Positions 8,681-19,551 are shown, counted from the first letter of the stretch. The stretch is DNA of 64,000 nucleotides from Candidatus Levyibacteriota bacterium (GCA_039738415.1 JBCLLY010000006.1:1814-65813), one strand, 5' to 3'. Translations and numbers: made by a program. Notes: generated from the sequence alone by a model not told the origin.

Positions 8681-9237
8681 TTAATTTCTGTGTGCTCAAC
8701 CACCCTCATTTTATTCAATGGCCAATAAACAAAGAAAGACTTGCCAATAATTTCACCTTCAGACACAAATCCCCATTCTCTAGAATCAGAACTGTTTGAC
8801 CTATTATCTCCAACCATAAAAAATTGTCCTTCCGGAACTTGGATTTGTGTTCCCTCATATAGAAAACTCCCTCCGGTAGTAACGTAATTTGAGGGTAAAT
8901 ACTCCTCTTTGAGCATGTTTCCATTAAGATAAAGATTTCCGTTACTTACGGACATAGTGTCGCCTTCGGTTGCAATAATTCTTTTTATAAAATCCTTATT
9001 TTTTTCAGTTGGTGAGTGAAATACGACAATATCACCCCTTTCATAACTTGTGAAGCGTTTGGAAATTAAATTTGTAAGAACATATTCTCCGTTATCAAAA
9101 TTCGGATACATAGAAAGACCGTTTACTTGATAAGGGCGGAAAAAGAATGCATAGATTACAACAAATATTGCACCAGCTATAACTAGTGTTTGGATTAAAT
9201 CAAAAAGGATGTTGTATATTTTTCTTAGGATAAACAT
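8677..9237 (-). CDS. lepB: signal peptidase I
   Basis: GLSMYPN (catalytic Ser), the FIKRIIA box and GDNRSNSSDSR. The ATG at 9235-9237 is preferred over the longer TTG-initiated ORF. Confidence 0.85.
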   Translation of the reverse strand: MFILRKIYNILFDLIQTLVIAGAIFVVIYAFFFRPYQVNGLSMYPNFDNGEYVLTNLISKRFTSYERGDIVVFHSPTEKNKDFIKRIIATEGDTMSVSNGNLYLNGNMLKEEYLPSNYVTTGGSFLYEGTQIQVPEGQFFMVGDNRSNSSDSREWGFVSEGEIIGKSFFVYWPLNKMRVVEHTEIN

Positions 9238-9531
9238 TTGTATATTTTCTCGAGTATGGTTTGCTTTGTCAACAGCAAATAGTAATAATGCATTTAATTT
9301 GTTAAAATTGGCTTTAAACAACAAGGAAATTGAAAATTACCAAATTCTAGTTGTTGTTAAAAAGTGAAAAAATCATCAGGAAGGAAACAAATTAGCAGAG
9401 TATGGTGCAAAGTGCTAATGAGCTATAAAATTCAATTTTGTTTGATATATCAATCTAAAGTGAAATTATTTTAGTATATATAAATATAATTTAATGTATC
9501 AAAGAGTATCGGATTATCAATTTTTAACATT

Positions 9532-10566
9532 ATGACAAATGCCAAAAAAAGGCGCAGAATTCTTTTTTTCACAAGACTTTATTATCCGCATATAGGAGGA
9601 GTCGAGAAGCATATTTATAAAATTTCCCAGCAACTAATTAAAAAAGGTTTTGAGATTACTGTGGTTGCCGAACAACACGGAAAAAAATTAAAGGAGAGAG
9701 AAAATATAGATGGAATAAATATATTTAGGATTCCAATTAGAACTTCTGAGAGAAATAAGAAGTTTGAAGTATGGAAATGGATGGTTAAGAATAAAAACCT
9801 TGTAAAAGGCTTTGACATCATTCATATACATGATGTTTTTTTCTGGATAATTCCTCTTATTTTTAGTATTGATAGAAAAAGGGTTTTTATAACTTTTCAT
9901 GGGTATGAGGGTTATCCAGTCAAGCTCAAACACAAAATCCTAAGAAAAATAAGCGAGCTTTATTGTAACGGAAGTATATGTGTAGGTGATTTTATAAAAA
10001 AATGGTATTGGGCAAATCCGGATATAGTAATTTATGGTGCAGCCGAGAGAACAAAACTAGCCCCAACTAGAGTAGAGAGACAACACTCCGCTGTATTTTT
10101 TGGGAGATTGGATAGTCAAACAGGAATAAAGGAGTACTACGGGGCATTTTTGAGCCTAAAAAGAAGATATAAGGACTTTAAGCTTGAAGTTATCGGTGAG
10201 GGTGAGTTTGGAAATAAAATGAACGGTGTATCTATTTCACCATTTAAGTCCAATATCGCAAAATACGTTCAAAATAACCGTTTCGTTTTTGTCTCCGGAT
10301 ATCTTTCCATGCTTGAGGCAATGCTTTCAAAAAAGCTTGTTTTTGCTGTTTATACAGATCCGGTAAAAAAGGATTATTTAGTAAAGTCACCTTTTGTAAA
10401 GTATGTCGAAGTTTGCTCTTCGAGTAAGGAGATAGAAAAAAAAGTTAAGTTTTATATTGATAATCCGAAAGAAGAATCAATTAAGGTAGAAAAGGCTTAT
10501 AATTGGGCAGTAAATCAGACTTGGAGTAAAGTGACAGATGAGTATCTTAAATTATGGAAAATTTAA
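9532..10566 (+). CDS. glycosyltransferase, GT4 / group-1 type
   Basis: N-terminus ILFFTRLYYPHIGGVEKH and a GT-B-like layout. First gene of the glycan cluster. Confidence 0.7.
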   Translation: MTNAKKRRRILFFTRLYYPHIGGVEKHIYKISQQLIKKGFEITVVAEQHGKKLKERENIDGINIFRIPIRTSERNKKFEVWKWMVKNKNLVKGFDIIHIHDVFFWIIPLIFSIDRKRVFITFHGYEGYPVKLKHKILRKISELYCNGSICVGDFIKKWYWANPDIVIYGAAERTKLAPTRVERQHSAVFFGRLDSQTGIKEYYGAFLSLKRRYKDFKLEVIGEGEFGNKMNGVSISPFKSNIAKYVQNNRFVFVSGYLSMLEAMLSKKLVFAVYTDPVKKDYLVKSPFVKYVEVCSSSKEIEKKVKFYIDNPKEESIKVEKAYNWAVNQTWSKVTDEYLKLWKI

Positions 10567-11531
10567 AAGTGTCTCTTATCGTTACAGTTTTTAACGAGCA
10601 AGAATCGATTGAAAGGTTTTTAAATTCCGTTCTTCACCAAACAATATTTCCCAAAGAGTTAGTCATTGTCGACGGTGGATCAACTGATGAAACAGTTGAA
10701 AGAATTAAGAATTATGAATCACGAATTAAGAAAAAGGGTATAAGCCTTAATCTAATTATTAAAAAAGGCAATCGTTCTGTTGGAAGAAACGAAGCAGTTA
10801 GAAGATCATCAAACAATATAATTGCCTGTTCTGATGCAGGAAACATTTTAGAGAAAAACTGGTTAGAAAAAATAACGGAGCCGTTTAAAAACAAAAAAAT
10901 AGACGTTGTTGCCGGCTACTATAAGGGATTGCCAAAGAATAATTTTCAAAAAAGTTTAATTCCTTATGTTCTAGTGATGCCGGATAAAGTAAATCCGAAA
11001 GAATTTCTTCCGGCAACAAGGTCTATTGCATTTAGAAAGAAAATTTGGAAAAAAGTAAAAGGATTTGATGAGAAATATTCCCATAATGAAGATTATGTTT
11101 TTGGAAAAAAACTTAAGAAAATTAATGCAAACATATTTTTTGCAAAAAATGCGATAGTTAATTGGATTCCTAGAAAAAATATTAAAGAATCATTTATTAT
11201 GTTTTATAGATTTGCTTATGGTGATATCGAGGCAAAAATACTTAGACCGAAAGTAGTATTTATATTTTTTAGGTACCTATTTGTGCTTATGACAATATTA
11301 GCGGCGAAACTTATTTCAACTGAATTCCAAATTTTTGTGGGAGGATTTTATTTTTCTTTTTACTCTTTGTGGGCAGTTCAGAAAAACTTCAAATATATAA
11401 ATAACATAAGTGGATTTTACTATTTACCTCTAATCCAATACTTGTCTGATATTGCAGTTATGTCCGGCTCTTTATTGGCCTTTGCTCAAAAGTCAATAAG
11501 TATTTTGAATTCAAGAATTAAGGAAAACTAG
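10554..11531 (+). CDS. glycosyltransferase family 2 with C-terminal TM segments
   Basis: VSLIVTVFNEQESIERFL...VIVDGGSTDET, a GT2 signature. Confidence 0.8.
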   Translation: MENLKVSLIVTVFNEQESIERFLNSVLHQTIFPKELVIVDGGSTDETVERIKNYESRIKKKGISLNLIIKKGNRSVGRNEAVRRSSNNIIACSDAGNILEKNWLEKITEPFKNKKIDVVAGYYKGLPKNNFQKSLIPYVLVMPDKVNPKEFLPATRSIAFRKKIWKKVKGFDEKYSHNEDYVFGKKLKKINANIFFAKNAIVNWIPRKNIKESFIMFYRFAYGDIEAKILRPKVVFIFFRYLFVLMTILAAKLISTEFQIFVGGFYFSFYSLWAVQKNFKYINNISGFYYLPLIQYLSDIAVMSGSLLAFAQKSISILNSRIKEN

Positions 11532-11567
11532 CGTATAAAATAGTAAAGTAATAGATATAATTTAATT

Positions 11568-12794
11568 ATGGGATATTTAGGACAAACAGTGAGAGGAATT
11601 ACATGGATAGGTGGATTACGTGGAGTAACCCGCGGTCTTGCTTTTGTAAGGATATTAATTTTAGCAAGACTCTTATCGCCTTCACAGTTCGGATTGTTCG
11701 GCATTGCTTCACTAATGCTTGCTCTAGTTGAGGTTCTTACAGAAACAGGAATTAATATTTTCTTAGTTCAAAGAGAAGGAAAGATTGATAAATACCTGAG
11801 TTCTGCGTGGATAGTCTCAATTGCGCGTGGTTTTATAATTTTTCTCTTCATACTGATTAGTGCGCCTTTTGTTGCTAGCTTTTTTAATGCTCCAAACGCA
11901 CTGGGTTTATTACTTCTCATTTCTATAGTGCCGTTAGTACGGGGGTTTATAAACCCATCGTTAGTTTTATTTCAGAAAGAGCTGAATTTTAATAAAGAAT
12001 TTTATTTTAGATCGGTAGTGTTGTCTTTTGAAGTTATATTATCTGTAATCCTGGTTTATATTCTAAAATCGCCAGTGGGATTGGTTTTAGGACTTATTGC
12101 CAGCGCAGTTTTGGAAGTAATATTATCCTTTATATTAATTTCCCCAAGGCCTACTTTTAAATTTGAAAAAAGTAGATTTTTGGAAGTATTTCATACGGGT
12201 AAATGGGTCACGATGTCTACGATATTTAACTATTTATACCAAAATGTTGATGATATGGTGGTTGTAAAAGTCTTGAATACAACCAGCCTGGGACTTTATC
12301 AAATGGCTTATAAAATTGCAATGCTGCCTATTACAGAAGTCGCAGACGTAATAGCAAGGGTAACATTTCCTGTTTATGCAAAAATATCAGGAGACGCCAA
12401 AAGATTAAAAAAGGCATTTTATAAAACAATTGCCGCGACAACAATTTTTTCTTTACCGGTAATATTAGTATTTATCTTATTCCCAAATGAAATAGTAATT
12501 TTAATTTTAGGTGAGGAGTGGATTGGAGCAGTAGCAGCATTTCAAATTCTAGTCTTTTTTGGACTCGCAAGAGCAATTACCAGCCCTGCATTAATTCTTT
12601 TACTTGCCTTAAAAAGACAGGATCTAGTAGCAAAAATTTCCCTTTTTACATTTCTAATAATGGCAGTGACCATCGTACCATTTGTGGTTAATTGGGGAAT
12701 ATTTGGGGCAGGGTTGTCGTCTGTTATAGCGTCTGTTATTATGCTCCCATTTGCTTACTACTGCGCTTTAAGATATTTTTCAAATTCTAAATAG
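11568..12794 (+). CDS. oligosaccharide/polysaccharide flippase (Wzx/MOP-like)
   Basis: About 12 hydrophobic helices, a MOP-type profile, and a glycan-cluster context. Confidence 0.65.
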   Translation: MGYLGQTVRGITWIGGLRGVTRGLAFVRILILARLLSPSQFGLFGIASLMLALVEVLTETGINIFLVQREGKIDKYLSSAWIVSIARGFIIFLFILISAPFVASFFNAPNALGLLLLISIVPLVRGFINPSLVLFQKELNFNKEFYFRSVVLSFEVILSVILVYILKSPVGLVLGLIASAVLEVILSFILISPRPTFKFEKSRFLEVFHTGKWVTMSTIFNYLYQNVDDMVVVKVLNTTSLGLYQMAYKIAMLPITEVADVIARVTFPVYAKISGDAKRLKKAFYKTIAATTIFSLPVILVFILFPNEIVILILGEEWIGAVAAFQILVFFGLARAITSPALILLLALKRQDLVAKISLFTFLIMAVTIVPFVVNWGIFGAGLSSVIASVIMLPFAYYCALRYFSNSK

Positions 12795-12796
12795 TT

Positions 12797-13771
12797 ATGA
12801 AAAAAGTTAAAAATAATTGGGAAGAGCCGATATGTAATTTATGCGAAGGACGAAGCTTTGAAGTTATTTATAAAGACTTAACCTATTGGGAGTATCCCGG
12901 TAAATTTACAGTTGTTAAATGCAAAAACTGTAGATTGATTTTTACTAATCCGAGACCAATTTTATCCGAAATGGAAAAATATTATGAGAGTGAAATGTAT
13001 TTTGGTCGCGATGTTAGAGGGAATGATGAGATAGAAGATAGTGAAAATCGCGAGATGCATTATGGTCCTATGTATGACTTAGTCTTAAGTAAAAAGAAAA
13101 AGGGCAAGATTTTTGATATAGGAGCGGGTACAGGTATGCTCTTAAGTAAATTTAAAGATAAGGGTTGGGACGTTAGCGGAGTTGAATTAACCCACACCGC
13201 AGCAAGTTATGCAAAAAGAAAATATGGAATAAAGCTTATGACGGGCGATTTTTTAGAAAAAAAGTTTGACAGTAAGTTATTTGATGTAATTATCCTAAAT
13301 GGGTCACTTGAACATTTGCATAGGCCATTTGAAACTTTAGAAAAAGCACATAGCTTACTGCAAAAAAAAGGATTTGTGCTAATTAGTATTCCAAATAATG
13401 ATAGTTTGGGTAGAAAAATATTTGGAAGAAATTGGTTTGCCTGGCAGACCCCACGTCATTTGTATCATTTTTCTCCAATCACAGTTAATAAAATGCTAAA
13501 AAAGGCTGGATATAAAAATATTAAAATCTCTCATTCTTTTGCTATCCAAAATTACTATATTTTATTTCAAAGTGCTAGATATATGATGTCTCCTAAATTT
13601 AAAAAGAAAAAAGCGGGAGGCTTAGTTAATCAAAAAGAAGCATTTATTCCAATAATTTCAATTAAAAAGGAAATCGGTAAAATTATTTTTAAAGTGGTAG
13701 CATTTTTAATTAGTAAAATAGAGCCAATTATAAGAAAGGGTGAGGTAATAATTGTCTATGCAGAAAAATAA
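12797..13771 (+). CDS. class I SAM-dependent methyltransferase with N-terminal Cys4 ribbon
   Basis: CNLCEG...CKNC ribbon and the SAM motif I IFDIGAGTGML. Confidence 0.75.
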   Translation: MKKVKNNWEEPICNLCEGRSFEVIYKDLTYWEYPGKFTVVKCKNCRLIFTNPRPILSEMEKYYESEMYFGRDVRGNDEIEDSENREMHYGPMYDLVLSKKKKGKIFDIGAGTGMLLSKFKDKGWDVSGVELTHTAASYAKRKYGIKLMTGDFLEKKFDSKLFDVIILNGSLEHLHRPFETLEKAHSLLQKKGFVLISIPNNDSLGRKIFGRNWFAWQTPRHLYHFSPITVNKMLKKAGYKNIKISHSFAIQNYYILFQSARYMMSPKFKKKKAGGLVNQKEAFIPIISIKKEIGKIIFKVVAFLISKIEPIIRKGEVIIVYAEK

Positions 13772-15965
13772 TATAGAAATATCTATCATCATAGTTCACT
13801 ACAATGTTAAAAAAGAACTGTTTGAATGCCTTTATTCGATATACAAATCAGAGCCAAGAGTTAGTTTTGAAATAATTGTTGTTGATAATGATGAAGAAAA
13901 AGTAATTGAAACAGACCTAAAAAATAAATTCCCAAAAGTAGTATATGTAAAAAACAAGAATACCGGGTGGGGCGGGGGGGTAAATAAAGGTCTTGGTTAC
14001 GCAAGGGGTAAATATATTTATCTTTTGAATCCGGATACTTTATTTATTAATAATGCACTAGATAAAATATATGAATTTGGCAAAGATGAGCCAGATATAG
14101 GAATAGCTTCATCTTTACTTTTTGATACAAATAAAAAAGTCTATCCCCTTCAAGGGACAAAACTTTTAAATCCAGTTAGTGCAATATTTTCACTATCTTT
14201 TATAAATAAATTTTTTCCTAATAATCCTGTCGCCAGAAAATTTTGGATGAGGGGGCGGGATAAAAAAACTGTTCAGCAGGTCGAGTCAGCGACGCTTAGC
14301 GCAGCGCTTATTAGAAAAGATGTATTAATTAAAGCAGGTAAGTTTGATGAAAACTATTTTCTATATTATGAAGAATATGACTTGAGTAAGAGATTAAAAA
14401 AATTGGAGTATAAGAATTTTATCGTTTCCGAGTCAAAGGTAGTTCACATTTGGGAGGCGAGTGCTATTAAGACCGGTAGAACAAATGAATTTATCCAAGA
14501 GAGCAGAAAATATTATTTTAAAAAACACTATGGAAATTTAACCGCAAGTTTTGTTGAGTTGATATTAGGACTAAACAAAAGAAATCTATTCACTTACTCA
14601 GCTATTTTAGGAATTATTCTAATTGGTACTTTTCTTAGATTTGATAAATTAAACCTCTATGCGCCTTTTATAGGCGATCAGGCTTGGTTTTATCTTAGTG
14701 CAAGAGACGTGATAATTAGTGGGCAAATTCCACTACTTGGAATAACTTCTAGTCATACTTGGATTCATCAAGGTCCACTTTGGACTTATATGTTGGTACC
14801 AGTTTTTACCCTATTTAATTTTAATCCATTATCAGGCGTTTATCTAACAGCTATTTTGGGAGTAATAAGTATTATTGCTGCATATAAATTTGGTGCAACA
14901 TTTATTTCTACTAAATTTGGAATACTGTTTGCGTTTCTATTTGCCCTTTCTCCATTAGTAGTCTATCATTCAAGATTTGCATATCACACAAGTCCTATTC
15001 CTCTTTTTATTTTAATTTTGTTCTTCGCAATCTCAAAATGGATTAAGGGAAATGTGAATTATTTCCCCTTGGTTTTGTTTATCATGTCAATTCTATACAA
15101 TTTTGAGCTTGCAACAGTAATATTTTGGGTAGTGATTATATTTTACTTAATATATGGCGCATATAAGAAAAAAGGGTACATAAAAAATATATTGTCCAAA
15201 CAAATATTGTCTTTTTCTATCCTTGCACTTTTAATTCCGATGATTCCTATTTTAATATACGATATTCAGAATGGTCTTCCTCAGACAATTGTATTTGCAG
15301 GGTGGTTTTTTTATAAATTATTACAAGTCATTGGATTTGTAGAAAAAAGTATGATAGATACCAGTTCTTTTAGCTCTGCATTTAATTTCTTTTTTGTTAA
15401 GTATCAATCATTGGTTTTTCCGATAAATCAGTATGTATCTTATGCGGTATTTTTTGCCTCTGTTACTTTTTCGTTTATCCTCTTACAGAGAAAAGGGTTG
15501 GTCTCCCCATTCGGGTCAGTGATATTTTTAACAGCAGTGGGACTTATGGCTTATTTTATATCCGGAGTTTCTTCAGAGGCATATCTTGTGATGTTATTTC
15601 CGGGATTATTATTTATGGTTACTTATTTAATCTATGGGATTAAAAGTAAATATCTTATAGCGTCTGTTTCATTAGTTATTTTAGTAATAAGCGTTTATTA
15701 TTCAGTTTCATCAAATTATCTGACATTAAATACTGTAACCTTGAGAGACAAAATTATTGCCTCTTATGAGGTTTATACCCTAGTAGGGGATAATGACTAT
15801 ATTTTAAAATATAGGGGTCCAGGACAGCAATTTGAGAGCTCTGTGATGCCATATGAGTACTTGGTCTGGTGGGTCAATCAGAGGTATCCTTACAGAAGTA
15901 GTTATTTTTCTGAGATTTTGATAACAGAGCAAGAAAACGAAATAATAGTTGAAAAGATTAATTAG
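13758..15965 (+). CDS. GT2 glycosyltransferase fused to a large polytopic (GT-C/ArnT-like) membrane domain
   Basis: N-terminus ISIIIVHYNVKKEL...VVDNDEE (GT2), followed by about 450 aa of TM helices. Confidence 0.7.
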   Translation: MQKNNIEISIIIVHYNVKKELFECLYSIYKSEPRVSFEIIVVDNDEEKVIETDLKNKFPKVVYVKNKNTGWGGGVNKGLGYARGKYIYLLNPDTLFINNALDKIYEFGKDEPDIGIASSLLFDTNKKVYPLQGTKLLNPVSAIFSLSFINKFFPNNPVARKFWMRGRDKKTVQQVESATLSAALIRKDVLIKAGKFDENYFLYYEEYDLSKRLKKLEYKNFIVSESKVVHIWEASAIKTGRTNEFIQESRKYYFKKHYGNLTASFVELILGLNKRNLFTYSAILGIILIGTFLRFDKLNLYAPFIGDQAWFYLSARDVIISGQIPLLGITSSHTWIHQGPLWTYMLVPVFTLFNFNPLSGVYLTAILGVISIIAAYKFGATFISTKFGILFAFLFALSPLVVYHSRFAYHTSPIPLFILILFFAISKWIKGNVNYFPLVLFIMSILYNFELATVIFWVVIIFYLIYGAYKKKGYIKNILSKQILSFSILALLIPMIPILIYDIQNGLPQTIVFAGWFFYKLLQVIGFVEKSMIDTSSFSSAFNFFFVKYQSLVFPINQYVSYAVFFASVTFSFILLQRKGLVSPFGSVIFLTAVGLMAYFISGVSSEAYLVMLFPGLLFMVTYLIYGIKSKYLIASVSLVILVISVYYSVSSNYLTLNTVTLRDKIIASYEVYTLVGDNDYILKYRGPGQQFESSVMPYEYLVWWVNQRYPYRSSYFSEILITEQENEIIVEKIN

Positions 15966-15982
15966 TGTTAAAATTTATTTGT

Positions 15983-16720
15983 ATGGTAACGGCTATTATA
16001 ATTACAAAAAACGAAGAAAAAAACATTGAAACCTGCTTGAGAGCATTGGGTTTTGCAGACGAGATTTTAATTGTTGATGATTATTCAACAGATAAAACGA
16101 TAGTACTTGCAGAAAAATATGGTGCAAGGGTAGTTAAAAATAAATTGAATTCATTTTCAGAACAAAGAAACTTTGGATTGGAGAGAGTTTCAAACGAGTG
16201 GGTGTTGTTTGTAGATGCGGATGAGATGGTCAGTAAAAACTTGGGTCTTGAGATTAAAGAAAAAATAGATGAAGAAAAATTTGATGGTTATTATATTAAG
16301 AGAGAGGACGTTTTTCTAGGTAGAAAAATGTATTATGGGGACCTTTCAAACGTATGGCTGCTAAGGCTTGGGAGGAAAAGTAAGGGGAAGTGGAAAGGTG
16401 ACGTGCACGAAGAATGGGAAATAAAAGGAGATACTTCAAGATTAAGTAACCCATTGACGCATACATCGCATGAAAATTTAAAAGACTTTATAGGAAAAAT
16501 AAATGTCTATTCTACATTGAGGGCAAAAGAGCTAAAAAAAGAGGGTATTAAGTCATCTCTTTTGACAATAATCCTATATCCGAAAATAAAGTTTATTTAT
16601 TTATATATTTTAAAATTTGGATTTGCTGATGGTCTGCACGGATTTGTACACGCAGTGCTAATGTCTATTTATTCCTTTTTAGTTAGAGCAAAGCTTTACC
16701 AATTAAGCAATGAAAATTAA
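15983..16720 (+). CDS. glycosyltransferase family 2
   Basis: VTAIIITKNEEKNIETCL...VDDYSTDKT...VDADE. The start could instead be the GTG at 15965. Confidence 0.75.
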   Translation: MVTAIIITKNEEKNIETCLRALGFADEILIVDDYSTDKTIVLAEKYGARVVKNKLNSFSEQRNFGLERVSNEWVLFVDADEMVSKNLGLEIKEKIDEEKFDGYYIKREDVFLGRKMYYGDLSNVWLLRLGRKSKGKWKGDVHEEWEIKGDTSRLSNPLTHTSHENLKDFIGKINVYSTLRAKELKKEGIKSSLLTIILYPKIKFIYLYILKFGFADGLHGFVHAVLMSIYSFLVRAKLYQLSNEN

Positions 16721-16780
16721 AAGAATAATTTATAGTGTTTATGCCGGATTAATTTTTTCAATTTACATATTTCATTTATT

Positions 16781-18343
16781 ATGCAGGGTAGATTATTGTT
16801 TTTAACCGCTATTTTAATTGGCTTTTATTCGTACTCTATTTTTTTTCTCGGAATTTTTAGTTTGATTAATGGTATCTCTATTGGTTTAGTCTCATTTACA
16901 ATATTTATAATAGTTTTTTATTCCGTATTGCACCATCCTGATTCCGTAAAGAGTCTGTACGTTCAAGCAAGAAAGAATTTTTTTTATTTCTTTATTTTTT
17001 TAATCCTTGCAGTGATAAATATTATTGGTGCATTAGGTCCGGAATTAGGCTTTGATGCTTTATGGTATCACTTAGTAATTCCAAAACTTTATATTGAGAG
17101 TGGAGTCATAGAATTTATTCCAGGAGGTCTGTTGTACTATTCGGTGATGCCAAAGCTTATTGATCTTTTGTATGTTCCAGCTCTAATGTTCTCCAATGAA
17201 ACTGCTGCAAAACTTATTCATTTTATGTTTGGAGTACTTTGTTCTATAGTTACATATAAAATTGCAAATCTTTTTGTAAGTAAAAAACTTTCTTATTTAG
17301 CAGCAATAATATTTTATTCGAATTTGGTAGTAGGGTGGATGTCGATAACTGCCTATATAGATTTAGGAAGAGCTTTTTATGCAAGTCTCTCTATATATTT
17401 TTTCATTTTATATTTAAAGCTAAGAAATATTAAGTATTTACTATTTTCTGCAATATTGGTAGGTCTTGAGATGTCAACAAAGTTACTGGGAATATCGACT
17501 TTGCTTTCATTTATATTTGTTATCCTTTTTATTAATAATCAAAATAATACCCTAAAAATTAGAAGCGCATTCCTACTTGGATTTATTCCATTTTTGATAG
17601 TATTACCATGGTTAATTTTCTCTTGGGTAAATACCGGAAACATAGTATATCCATTCTTTACAAATATTTATCCATCCGGTTTTTCCTTCGGAAGCTTTAA
17701 TCCATTAATTATATTAAAGGATACAGTTAGTCTGTTTTTGTTATCGGCAGATCCAATTTCTCCAATATATATAATTGTCCTACCTTCGATTGTAGTACTT
17801 TTTAGAAAAATGCCAAAAGAGTTAAAGGTATTGTCTATGATTTTACTTATTAACATTCTCATTTGGAATTTTATTCCACAAAAGAACTCGAGATTTATTC
17901 TTCCCTACCTACCTATTTTTTCAGTTCTTGTCGTTTGGGTTATAAGTAAATCTAATAAATCAATAAAAACAATTTTGTACATATTTACCTACTTGATAAT
18001 TTTAGTAAATATTTTTTATAGAGGAGCAGCTAATGCTAAATACGTGCCGGTAATTTTAGGATTTCAGTCTAAAGAGGAATTTCTTGTAGAAAATCTTAAC
18101 TTTGAGTTTGGAGATTATGTTGATAGAGAAAATAGAGTAAAAAATATTGTTGGGAATAATAAAGTGCTAGTTTATGGAATTCATAATTTATTCTACGTTG
18201 ATTTTCCATACGAACATGAGTCTTGGTCTAATAATAAAGAGTATAAATATGTACTTACTAAAAACGATTCTAATATGGAAAAGGGGTATAATTTAATTTA
18301 CAAAGATTTAGTTACAAGTACTTACCTTTATGAAAAAAATTAG
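16781..18343 (+). CDS. polytopic membrane protein, GT-C-like glycosyltransferase candidate
   Basis: 520 aa and more than 10 TM helices, in the glycan cluster. Family assignment rests on architecture only. Confidence 0.45.
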   Translation: MQGRLLFLTAILIGFYSYSIFFLGIFSLINGISIGLVSFTIFIIVFYSVLHHPDSVKSLYVQARKNFFYFFIFLILAVINIIGALGPELGFDALWYHLVIPKLYIESGVIEFIPGGLLYYSVMPKLIDLLYVPALMFSNETAAKLIHFMFGVLCSIVTYKIANLFVSKKLSYLAAIIFYSNLVVGWMSITAYIDLGRAFYASLSIYFFILYLKLRNIKYLLFSAILVGLEMSTKLLGISTLLSFIFVILFINNQNNTLKIRSAFLLGFIPFLIVLPWLIFSWVNTGNIVYPFFTNIYPSGFSFGSFNPLIILKDTVSLFLLSADPISPIYIIVLPSIVVLFRKMPKELKVLSMILLINILIWNFIPQKNSRFILPYLPIFSVLVVWVISKSNKSIKTILYIFTYLIILVNIFYRGAANAKYVPVILGFQSKEEFLVENLNFEFGDYVDRENRVKNIVGNNKVLVYGIHNLFYVDFPYEHESWSNNKEYKYVLTKNDSNMEKGYNLIYKDLVTSTYLYEKN

Positions 18344-18518
18344 AAATATTGCTTTTATCCTTTGCTTGTCACTTTTAGCGGTTTTCCCGTTGGGGGTTTT
18401 AGTTAGAATTAACCTTATTCCAAATGTAAATATCTATCCGCAGGATATAGTTGCCGGGCTGTTATTTATCTTACTCGCTATTGCCCTTTTTGTAGAAAAA
18501 AAAAGGCAATATGTATAA
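18330..18518 (+). CDS. N-terminal fragment (2 TM) probably belonging to the downstream O-antigen ligase
   Basis: 62-aa hydrophobic ORF ending just after an A9 run at 18496-18504. The downstream frame is open from 18496. Confidence 0.45.
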   Translation: MKKIRNIAFILCLSLLAVFPLGVLVRINLIPNVNIYPQDIVAGLLFILLAIALFVEKKRQYV

Positions 18519-19551
18519 ACAGATATTTATAGGACTTTTATTATTTAATTTAGTTGCAAGTATTTCATTACTTATAAATATTAACCAGTTAAAAAGTAAC
18601 GAATTATTTGTTGCTTTTTTGTATTTAATTAGATTTGACGTATATGTTTCATTAATCTTTTTAGGTATGTTTGAATTTAATAAATTTCAATCAATGGTCA
18701 TTAAAAGAGTTTTTTATCTAGCAACACTTCTAACTGTTGCAATAGGGTTTGTTCAGTATTTTCTATACAATAATTTAAGAAATCTATACTATCTCGGGTG
18801 GGACGAGCACCTCTATAGGCTTTTTTCCTCATATCTCGATCCTAACTATGCAGGACTCGTCTTTGCTTTATTTTCAATATTGTTAATAGGAAATCTTATT
18901 CAGAAACATGAAGGATGGAATGGTGTAAGAATTATTTATTTAATTTCTTTAGCGCTTACTTTTGTTGCAATGCTTCTAACTTTCTCACGGACTGCACTTT
19001 TGGCTTTTGTACTAGGAGTAGGGATTATTTTATTGAGCTTAAAAAAAATAAAACTTGCGTTTGTGTCTTTAGTAATACTTGCAATAGGAGTACTATTTGT
19101 TTCTGATTTTTCGGTAGAAGGGTTGAATCCATTGAGGATTGCTTCAAGCGAGGCGAGAGTTGAGTCTATGCGAAACGCTTTAGTTATTATATCCGAAAAC
19201 ATGATATTTGGTGTAGGTTTTAACGCGTATAGGTACGCGCAAATTAATAAAGGATTTCGAATTGATAATCCGGAAATTTTAAGTAACGCTGACGCGGGGA
19301 CGGACAATAGTTTGCTATTTGTTTTAGCAACCACTGGAATAGTTGGTTTTGCAGCATACGTTTTTTTCTGGTTTCAAATCGTAAGAAAAATTGCAGGCTT
19401 GAATGATAAATTCAAAAGAGTAGTATTTTTTGCCTTGATTGCGTCATTATTTTTAGGCAGCCAGTTTATAAATGCTTTGTTTTATATGCCTCTTATGCTC
19501 TGGATATTCTTTTATCTTGGAATGTTTGGTATAGAAAACGGCAAGAGCTAA
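18511..19551 (+). CDS. O-antigen ligase / Wzy_C family membrane protein
   Basis: Polytopic protein with the LTFSRTALLAFVLG motif typical of O-antigen ligase-like proteins. Confidence 0.7.
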   Translation: MYKQIFIGLLLFNLVASISLLININQLKSNELFVAFLYLIRFDVYVSLIFLGMFEFNKFQSMVIKRVFYLATLLTVAIGFVQYFLYNNLRNLYYLGWDEHLYRLFSSYLDPNYAGLVFALFSILLIGNLIQKHEGWNGVRIIYLISLALTFVAMLLTFSRTALLAFVLGVGIILLSLKKIKLAFVSLVILAIGVLFVSDFSVEGLNPLRIASSEARVESMRNALVIISENMIFGVGFNAYRYAQINKGFRIDNPEILSNADAGTDNSLLFVLATTGIVGFAAYVFFWFQIVRKIAGLNDKFKRVVFFALIASLFLGSQFINALFYMPLMLWIFFYLGMFGIENGKS

